Shown one piece after another: positions 8,446-15,390 of a stretch of DNA of 33,671 bases. The DNA comes from an uncultured Chitinophagaceae bacterium (GTDB lineage Bacteria > Bacteroidota > Bacteroidia > Chitinophagales > Chitinophagaceae): positions 1 through 33,671 of the forward strand of contig CAXTDG010000001.1 of assembly GCA_964242675.1 (NCBI GenBank). The letters run 5' to 3'. The notes beneath the pieces are model-generated. The model did not search any database, was not told the origin of the DNA, and worked only from the letters and a program-made list of their open reading frames with translations. The position numbers were made by a program, and so were the translations under genes. Numbering within the stretch: position 1 is the first letter of the stretch; each line of letters starts with the position of its first letter.

Positions 8446-10467
8446 TTATCGGTCACTCATTTCTTCAGCCACTTGCTTTGCTCTACTTCGGGGTGTTGCA
8501 GTTTGTTTTGCATGTGGTTCTTCATCCAATACCAATATCGTCCAGCCGTCGGCGCTATCGTGTTTCAATTCCTTCTTTTTTTCTTCCAAAGCGGCTTTCA
8601 CTTTTACGCTGATGGCGTAGCAAGTAGCCTGGCGTATTTCCAGTAACCGGGAAAGTTTGTGAGAGGAAATTTTGCCTTTTGTAGCGTACAATAGTGAGGT
8701 CATGTAAAACGCTTTGTTCATTGGTATCCTCGTATTCTCGAACAAAGTGCCGGTAGTGGCAGATTCTTCGTAGCGGCACTTGGCGCAGCGGTGGCTGTAA
8801 GGCGTTTTACCGGGCCGTGAATCATTGCTGCCACATCTTTTGCAAGTAAAACCGTTGCTCCATTTCAAGTCGGCTAGCAACTTGAAACAACTGTCTTCAT
8901 CAGGATAACTTTGGCTGAATTCCTCGAACGTAAGATCAGAGGATAACACCCTGGCTTTACTGATTTTTGTAACGTTTGTTTTGAGGGTCGTGTTATCCGC
9001 TTCCAGCACTACGTTAATCTTCGAAATCTCTTCCGATTGTATTTTCAATTGCTCGTTGGCTTCCTGCAAATCTTTGTTTTGCTGCGATATAATTAAGGCT
9101 TGTCGTTGTACCTCGGAAGTTCGCTGCTGCACCTTAATTTCGAGTTCCTTATTCAGGTTGTTTTGTAAATCGGTATTAATAAGCATTTGTCGGATAGTTT
9201 CTTCCTGCGCCTTTTCTTTTTGCTTTTTTAGGAAACGCAGCCGGTCGCCCAGGGCAAAGCCCAGACAGCACATTTCAACAACAAAGCAGCAACTAATAAC
9301 GTAGTAAGCAAACATGCTTTCGTTGAGCCAGGAAACGCCAGTAAGGGCAAGTAATTTCAGGATAATACCAACTATCAGGAAGCTAAAACCCAGTACAAAA
9401 AAACGGGCAGGTTCGTACCCGTTTCGTAATCGCCGGATGCCGATAAAAAAACACAGGCCGATAGGCAGCAGGTCAATGAATTTGTAGTTGAAGAAATTGT
9501 GATTTACGAAAAGACAAATCCCGAAGAAAATAGTACGAACCAATATAGTAATCTTCACCGCCTGATGTAGCCGGGGCGCTCTTTTTCGCAGCTTTAGCAG
9601 GCTATCGGTAAATAGTAATGAAAAAACGGTAGCCAGGAAAAGCATCACCCCATACGCTATCTGGTTCCAGTGGTTGAATTGTGGCCATAAGTATTGGTAA
9701 GCAATGCCATCGCTGCTCATTTCGTACAGGCCTACACTTAGCATGTATAGCACATAATACAAGTAATGCCGCTGCCGGATGGCGAAGAACAGAATGAGAT
9801 TATAGAAACAAAAAATGAGGATCATTCCATAGAAAATACCAAAGAAAAAATACTCGTTGGTAGCATACCCGATGAACCAGTTTTTGCTGCGTAAAACGAC
9901 GATTAAGTTAGTAAGCTGCGATGATTTTATTTTGAAGTAATAAGTGTGGGTAGATGTATCGAAATTGGCGATGTCCATTACAAAATTTTTGTGGCGAATA
10001 GGGCGTTCGCCAAAAATTTTTGCATCGCCAAGATGCCATATATCGTAGCCTTTGTTTTTGTTAGGCAGATAAGCAGTGATGCTGTCTATCGTTTGGTCGA
10101 AAAGTTCCAGCACATATCGCCTGTTTACTGTGCTATCGAGATGAATATTGAGCCGACACCAATAGCTGTAATTGGTATTGTAAGTACGGGGTGTTGTAGT
10201 GGCAGGAGCTCTGAAATGACTGGCAAAAGCAGCGGATCGCACCTGCTGCAAACTCAATACCTCATTGGTGTCTACCAGGTATTCAATCTGATGGTTAATA
10301 AATACCCGTTGCTCCAAAACTGTGTTTAACTGAACCGTATCCTGCGAACGGGCAGGTATGCAAAAAAGCAGCATGCAAATTATTATTGCAATGCTTTTAT
10401 AGCTCGCCGTCAGTTGCTTCTTTTTAGGGCAACCATATTTTGAATTGTATGTAGAGAAAGCAATCAT
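8446..10467 (-). CDS. 7TMR-DISM receptor (DISMED2 ectodomain + 7TM) fused through a coiled coil to an IS1595-transposase-like zinc-ribbon/HTH domain; putative membrane-bound regulator
   Basis: 673 aa with an ATG at 10467, 12 nt after the GH18 stop. aa ~45-195: DISMED2-like (NYSYWCRLNIHL...RYVLELFDQTIDSITAYL...HTYYFKIKSS). aa ~200-410: seven hydrophobic helices. aa ~411-510: heptad-rich Q/E/K/L segment. aa ~514-627 (nt 8587-8928): FKLLADLKWSNGFTCKRCGSNDS...YSHRCAKCRYEESATTGTLFENTRIPMNKAFYMTSLL...ISSHKLSRLLEIRQATCYAISVKVKAAL, matching the CxxC...CxxC + HTH N-terminus of IS1595-family transposases. No DDE domain follows. Confidence 0.75.
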   Translation of the reverse strand: MIAFSTYNSKYGCPKKKQLTASYKSIAIIICMLLFCIPARSQDTVQLNTVLEQRVFINHQIEYLVDTNEVLSLQQVRSAAFASHFRAPATTTPRTYNTNYSYWCRLNIHLDSTVNRRYVLELFDQTIDSITAYLPNKNKGYDIWHLGDAKIFGERPIRHKNFVMDIANFDTSTHTYYFKIKSSQLTNLIVVLRSKNWFIGYATNEYFFFGIFYGMILIFCFYNLILFFAIRQRHYLYYVLYMLSVGLYEMSSDGIAYQYLWPQFNHWNQIAYGVMLFLATVFSLLFTDSLLKLRKRAPRLHQAVKITILVRTIFFGICLFVNHNFFNYKFIDLLPIGLCFFIGIRRLRNGYEPARFFVLGFSFLIVGIILKLLALTGVSWLNESMFAYYVISCCFVVEMCCLGFALGDRLRFLKKQKEKAQEETIRQMLINTDLQNNLNKELEIKVQQRTSEVQRQALIISQQNKDLQEANEQLKIQSEEISKINVVLEADNTTLKTNVTKISKARVLSSDLTFEEFSQSYPDEDSCFKLLADLKWSNGFTCKRCGSNDSRPGKTPYSHRCAKCRYEESATTGTLFENTRIPMNKAFYMTSLLYATKGKISSHKLSRLLEIRQATCYAISVKVKAALEEKKKELKHDSADGWTILVLDEEPHAKQTATPRSRAKQVAEEMSDR

Positions 10468-10479
10468 TCTACTCCAAAA

Positions 10480-11616
10480 CTAATTTAGATTTTTAGTAAT
10501 CGTTTGCAAAAGATAGGTCTTTGGGTCGTCGGAATATTCCCAGAACATCACACCACCCATAGACTGTTGTTTTACATATTGGCACTTCGCTTTTACTGAC
10601 TGCTCATCGTCGTACGAGATGAAGATTTTTTCTTTGGAATTAAAAAGATAAGGTGCCTGTGCGGCATCATCCCAGTAGCGAACGAACCCATCACGGGTTA
10701 TGATGCTGTCTTTTATAAATGAGTAGCCGCCTGTGTAAAAATTGCTGGCAACTTTTTGACCCATACCATTGTTAGCAGTGTCTTCAACCGTCCAGCCACG
10801 GCCATAAAATGCAAGGCCCATCACCAGCTTTTTTGCAGGTACGCCTGCTGCTACAAATGCTTGCACGGCACGGTTTGCAGCGTTGCCTTCGGGCTGTGTT
10901 TTAGTAGGGTATAAATTGGTATGATGCCCGGCTGTACCCCAACCATAATCGTAAGTCATCAGGTTGATGAAATCGAGGTATTGCTGTGCCTTTGCCATCT
11001 CCGTATTTTTCAAAAACTCGTTGAAGCCACCGGCTGCTGTGGTGAGTAAATATTTTTGTTTTGTTAGATGTTGTACCGCATCTAATTGCTGGCGGATGGC
11101 TTGGAATATGAGGGTGTAATTCTGTTTGTCCTCCGGGCGGTAGATGTTGCCATCGCCCTGCATGTTTGGGTATTCCCAATCAATATCTACTCCATCTAAA
11201 TTGTACTGCTGTACAATGGCTACAGCGCTCGCCGCAAAGTTTTTCCGGCCGGTATCCGTAAGGGCTGCATCCGAAAAGTTTTTGCTCCAGCTCCAGCCGC
11301 CTATCGAAATCAGAATCTGTAAAGCCGGATTTTTCTTCTTCAAAGCTACCAAGTTTCTAAAATTGACCGTATCAGTATTTTCATGATGCAGCCACGCCCG
11401 GTTGTCTTTAATATCTACAAATGCATAGTTGATATGGGTGAGTTTATCTACCTGTAAAATGGATGTATCAATGATGCCTTTATAGCCCGCTACATAACCA
11501 ATGACCACTGGTTTTATTTTCTTTTCTGGCTTAGTGGGGTTGGCTTTAGATAATTGGCATAAACTTGCACACAATGCAACAATTGCTAACAGTATTTTCA
11601 TTTTGTTTTTATGCAT
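10480..11616 (-). CDS. GH18 chitinase / endo-beta-N-acetylglucosaminidase-like enzyme
   Basis: 378 aa. Catalytic DxxDxDxE motif DGVDIDWEYP; also ISIGGWSWS, MTYDY, MFWEYSDD. Signal peptide present. Alternative ATG at 11601 (MKILLAIVAL). Confidence 0.9.
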   Translation of the reverse strand: MHKNKMKILLAIVALCASLCQLSKANPTKPEKKIKPVVIGYVAGYKGIIDTSILQVDKLTHINYAFVDIKDNRAWLHHENTDTVNFRNLVALKKKNPALQILISIGGWSWSKNFSDAALTDTGRKNFAASAVAIVQQYNLDGVDIDWEYPNMQGDGNIYRPEDKQNYTLIFQAIRQQLDAVQHLTKQKYLLTTAAGGFNEFLKNTEMAKAQQYLDFINLMTYDYGWGTAGHHTNLYPTKTQPEGNAANRAVQAFVAAGVPAKKLVMGLAFYGRGWTVEDTANNGMGQKVASNFYTGGYSFIKDSIITRDGFVRYWDDAAQAPYLFNSKEKIFISYDDEQSVKAKCQYVKQQSMGGVMFWEYSDDPKTYLLQTITKNLN

Positions 11617-11709
11617 GCGGCATTTTAGTTTTTGACTGTATCATATAGAGCCGCACAACCGTACGTCTCTACTACAGCCTGATAGAGATGCGCCCAAATT
11701 TTCCTTGTG

Positions 11710-12375
11710 TTATTTTACGAGATAAGGTGTGATAATTTTTTTCCAGATGTCGTAGCCGATGGGCTTCATGTGCAGGCGGTCTTCTATGTATAGTTCTTCC
11801 CGCATGTTGCCGCTGGCATCGAGCATAGCATCGTACACATCTATGAAGTCAGCGTTCTTTTGTTTTTTGATGAAGGATTTGATGAGTGTATTAGTGGCTT
11901 TTACCCGTTCCTGAATCTTCATTCGGGAAGGGCTGGGCTTGATGGAAACATAACTGATGCGAGCCTGTGGCAGATTGATGCGAATAATGCTGAACAGCGT
12001 TTGAACCCGCTGTAGCACTTCATTTGGCGTTAGCGTATCATTAGCAGCCAAATCGTTTTCACCGCAATAAATGAGCACTTGTTTTGGGTGATAAGGCATC
12101 ACCACATCGTAGCTATAGCGAATGACATCTTTGAGAATGGAACCGCCGAAAGCCCGGTTAAGAATAGGATACTCGGGGAAGTACGATTCAATGCCAGCCC
12201 AGCGGGTAAAAGAAGAACTGCCTATAAATAAAATGGGCGCCTGCACGGGTGTCTGGGCGGAGTCTTTCTTTTTGAATGCAACTATATCCTGCCAAAAGGG
12301 AGGTGCTGTTTGGGCCTGTGTGAAAAGTGCCTGCATCAACAGCACCACAACTATCCATTTTTTCATCACTTTCAT
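11710..12375 (-). CDS. SGNH/GDSL-family hydrolase, probably a carbohydrate esterase
   Basis: 221 aa with a signal peptide. SGNH blocks: ILFIGSSSFTRW (block I Ser), AFGGS (block II), IYCGENDL (block III), DRLH (block V). Confidence 0.75.
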   Translation of the reverse strand: MKVMKKWIVVVLLMQALFTQAQTAPPFWQDIVAFKKKDSAQTPVQAPILFIGSSSFTRWAGIESYFPEYPILNRAFGGSILKDVIRYSYDVVMPYHPKQVLIYCGENDLAANDTLTPNEVLQRVQTLFSIIRINLPQARISYVSIKPSPSRMKIQERVKATNTLIKSFIKKQKNADFIDVYDAMLDASGNMREELYIEDRLHMKPIGYDIWKKIITPYLVK

Positions 12376-12421
12376 TTGTTTTGCTAAAAGTAAACTGCCT
12401 GAAGCTTTTGACTATCTTAAT

Positions 12422-13234
12422 CTATTTTTTCCCTAGCCATAGCAGTGAATTAATCAGCATTTGGTTCTGTTCTTTACTGCCGAAACTGGAGGATAATGGT
12501 TTGTTAGTTTTGCCTTCGTAATCCATATCGTTGTGGCCCATGTTTACATACACCATTTTGTAACTTTTGTTGGTCCAAACAACAGGGTAGTAGCCGCTGT
12601 GCCATATCTCGTATTGCTTGGGGCCGGTGCCCAATGGAAAGCTGGTGGAGTCGATGGTTAGAAGGATTTTGATGTCCCTGTTTTGACGTAAATCCTTTTC
12701 CCAGCGGTACCACTCATTGGGTTGCGAATGGAAAGTATCAGGCAATCCTTTGGTGACGGCATGTTTATTTTCTACCCGCAATACGGCGGCGGTTGGCCGC
12801 CAGGTATTGCTACCGTATTGGCCGCATCCTAAGAACTCGTTGTGGTACCAATCCCAGTTTTGCGGCACGCCGGAAGGGGTGAGGGCAAAGGCGGCAAAGT
12901 GAAATCCCATCCAGGCACCGCCTCTTTTCATGTACTGCTCAAATGCAGCTCTTTGGGCTGGCTTTTCAGGCCGGGTATCTAAGCACAGAACGACTTTGTA
13001 ATTAGCTAAGAAATCAGCATTCAAGTTGTCCCAGTTGGTGGTGGTATCATAACTGAAATGGTATTTTTCTGCCATTTGAGGAAACCATTCGTTGGCTTCT
13101 TTTACGAAGCTAATATGCGCCAAGTCAGCTTTGCCGGTGAAGAATGCAATGACTTTGAAGGCTGGCTTTTGAGCGAATGATTGAGTGGCTAAAACGATCC
13201 CTAAAATGGTGGTTAGAAAAAAGCGTTTACTCAT
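12422..13234 (-). CDS. ThuA-like protein (class-I glutamine-amidotransferase fold, trehalose-utilisation-like)
   Basis: 270 aa with a signal peptide. The pattern KVIAFFTG...YKVVLCLDT...GGAWMGFHFAA...HAVTKGLP...NEWYRW...PVVWTNK...VYVNMGHN resembles ThuA-family proteins. Assignment is by eye only. Confidence 0.55.
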   Translation of the reverse strand: MSKRFFLTTILGIVLATQSFAQKPAFKVIAFFTGKADLAHISFVKEANEWFPQMAEKYHFSYDTTTNWDNLNADFLANYKVVLCLDTRPEKPAQRAAFEQYMKRGGAWMGFHFAAFALTPSGVPQNWDWYHNEFLGCGQYGSNTWRPTAAVLRVENKHAVTKGLPDTFHSQPNEWYRWEKDLRQNRDIKILLTIDSTSFPLGTGPKQYEIWHSGYYPVVWTNKSYKMVYVNMGHNDMDYEGKTNKPLSSSFGSKEQNQMLINSLLWLGKK

Positions 13235-13268
13235 AATGATCTATGGTTCTTATTGCTTGTAGCGGCAC

Positions 13269-13480
13269 CTCACCCCCAGCCCCTCTCCAAGCCAAAGGCT
13301 TAGAGAGGGGAGCCGCTGTTCGTACTTTGTAAACAGTTTTATTAGCGGGTTTATGAAAAATGATTTCTAAAAACAAGCAGTCAACTTAAATGACAGGAAT
13401 CCACTGCTTAACTAAAACAATCAAAGCCCCACAGAGGCACCCCTCTATACGGCTTGCCGTGAAGAGGGGATGGGGGTGAG
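13269..13480. repeat. MITE/BIME-like element: two GC-rich palindromic units in inverted orientation flanking an AT-rich core
   Basis: CTCACCCCCAGCCCCTCTCC (13269-13288) matches the reverse complement of 13461-13480 (CTCACCCCCATCCCCTCTTC) at 18 of 20 positions. Each end also folds locally: CCCCTCT...AGAGGGG at 13281-13310 and at 13440-13469. The element fills most of the spacer between the SusD stop (13482) and the ThuA-like start (13234). Confidence 0.7.
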
Positions 13481-13481
13481 A

Positions 13482-15179
13482 TTACCACCCGGTATTTTGC
13501 TGCCAGTTGGTTTTAGAAATTTCATTTTGTGTAATGGGATACCAATACATTTTATCTTCAAACACCCGGTCCTCTAATTTCTTTACGGCGTAGGTAAATG
13601 CGCTGCCGTTAGCGGTAATTTCAATGCGGTTGAGCGGTGCTCTGAAGTAGGTTGCTTTCTTCCAGCGGCGTACATCCCAGGAGCGTTGGTCTTCAAAACT
13701 GAGTTTCACATTTCGTTGGGTTTCTATACGCTCCTGTGTAAGCTGAGCGGCAGTAAGAACCGGCATTTTTACATTGTTGCGCTGGCGTACCAGGTTGATG
13801 GCTTGCAGGGCTGTAGTACCATAAGCCATTGGGTCGGCGGTGGGGCCGTAGGCGTTGTACATAGCTTCTGCATAACCGAGTAAAATATCAGCATAGCGGA
13901 AATAAATCCAGGCATGGTTGGTAGTAGTGTTATTCACCAGATCTACACTGGAGTTGTTCCATTTTAGTAAATAGTAGCCGGTCTTAGTAGCGTTTTGCTT
14001 GGGTAAGCCACTATTGCCACCGGTGAAGGTTTCAATCACTCTGGATTTGAATGAAGCACCATTTGTAATGACAGAAAAAGCCAGCCGGGGATCACGGTTT
14101 GCATACGGATTAGCGGTATGCGTCGGGTCGTTCCAATTGAATGGAACGGAACCGGTAACAACACCCGAGGTGTTTTTTATTAATACTTCATAATTATCTA
14201 CCAGGTTTTGACTAGGCGTAATACTGCTGCCGTTGCTGCCTTCAAAAAGGATAGGGAAATTGTTTCTTTCCATTGCATTTTGTGCACCGTACCGACGATA
14301 AAAAATTACCTCGGCAGAAGAGGTGTTATTAGCGCCAAAAAGATTGGTGTAACTACCATCAAGCGAATAAGCATTTAGGGCAATTACTTCTCTTGCGGCT
14401 TGTGCAGCTTCGGCCCAAGTGATGGTAGAGCCTTTGTCTTTAAATAGCGGACTAGCACCATACAAAAAAGCTTTTGCCTTTAGCGCTTTGATGGAACCTA
14501 GCGTTACCCGACCGGCCTGGTACCAAGTGTAAGTAGCAATATTAGCCGGGATAATAGTGGCGGCTTTATCACACAAACTACCAATGTAGCGCAGGCAGGA
14601 ATCAACCGAGCTGCGTTGTATATTTTTCCAGGAATCTTCATTTTCGTAATCCAGCGCTTCAGGAATTACCGGTACGCCACCGTAACGTTTTACCAATTCA
14701 AAGTAAAAAAATGCTTTTAAAAACAGGGCTTCACCTTCCATGAATTTCACATTATTTCTTGCATTGAAATAAGTAGTAGAATCGGTAGAAGTAATCCGGT
14801 CTTTGATATAGCCAATGTCCACTTTGTCCTTGTTTTTCAAATACAAATTGGCCTGGCGAATACCACTGAAATTATTGGCCCAGGCAGCGGCATCGGGGTT
14901 GTTGTATTGGTTCCAAATGCCGTAGTTGAAACTTTGCGAACGGTCGGTTACATTGGTGGCTTCGGCATTGTCGGTCGCCGCTTCTAAATACAGTTTATCA
15001 AACCCATCGGGCAGGTAGCTGTAAATGTTCCAAACTACCTGCTGCACGTAGGCATAATTAGTATAAAGCAATTCAACCGGCACATTGGCTTGTTCACTTT
15101 TTACATCGAGGTATTGCTTATTGCAGGCGCTGATGCAAACGGCCAAAAGCAGCACTGGTATATATCTTACTGATTTCAT
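13482..15179 (-). CDS. SusD/RagB-family glycan-binding outer-membrane lipoprotein (pair B)
   Basis: 565 aa. Lipoprotein signal MKSVRYIPVLLLAVCISAC. SusD-like TPR region (EALFLKAFFYFELVKRYGGVP, FRYADILLGYAEA) and typical ...QQNTGW C-terminus. Lies downstream of a SusC-like gene. Confidence 0.9.
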   Translation of the reverse strand: MKSVRYIPVLLLAVCISACNKQYLDVKSEQANVPVELLYTNYAYVQQVVWNIYSYLPDGFDKLYLEAATDNAEATNVTDRSQSFNYGIWNQYNNPDAAAWANNFSGIRQANLYLKNKDKVDIGYIKDRITSTDSTTYFNARNNVKFMEGEALFLKAFFYFELVKRYGGVPVIPEALDYENEDSWKNIQRSSVDSCLRYIGSLCDKAATIIPANIATYTWYQAGRVTLGSIKALKAKAFLYGASPLFKDKGSTITWAEAAQAAREVIALNAYSLDGSYTNLFGANNTSSAEVIFYRRYGAQNAMERNNFPILFEGSNGSSITPSQNLVDNYEVLIKNTSGVVTGSVPFNWNDPTHTANPYANRDPRLAFSVITNGASFKSRVIETFTGGNSGLPKQNATKTGYYLLKWNNSSVDLVNNTTTNHAWIYFRYADILLGYAEAMYNAYGPTADPMAYGTTALQAINLVRQRNNVKMPVLTAAQLTQERIETQRNVKLSFEDQRSWDVRRWKKATYFRAPLNRIEITANGSAFTYAVKKLEDRVFEDKMYWYPITQNEISKTNWQQNTGW

Positions 15180-15220
15180 TGTTCTGATTTTTTAATTGTA
15201 TCTCAATTTAAATTGAACGG

Positions 15221-15375
15221 TTTACCACATAGGCACATAAGCCGCATAGAAGGGTTGGAAAGTGATTTTCTAACCACTGTGAACCTTGTTATTTCAAGCA
15301 GTAGTGAGGGAAGAAAAACACATAGCTTTTGCCCAATCTTTCATTCCTATGATGCTATGTGTCTATGTGGTAAAA
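15221..15375. repeat. MITE-like inverted-repeat element (CACATAG family) inside the susC-susD spacer
   Basis: TTTACCACATAGGCACATAAGCCGCATAGAAGG (15221-15253) matches the reverse complement of 15341-15375 (TTTTACCACATAGACACATAGCATCATAGGAATGA). Of the first 19 aligned nt, 18 are identical, then CATAG blocks realign. A 14-nt exact match to the arm core (ACCACATAGACACA) recurs at 26216-26229. Confidence 0.7.
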
Positions 15376-15390
15376 TATATGCTCTCACTT

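Noticed and set aside
9946-10329. 127-aa plus-strand ORF
   Set aside because: It is antisense to the DISMED2-coding part of the 7TMR-DISM gene, and nothing supports it as a real gene.
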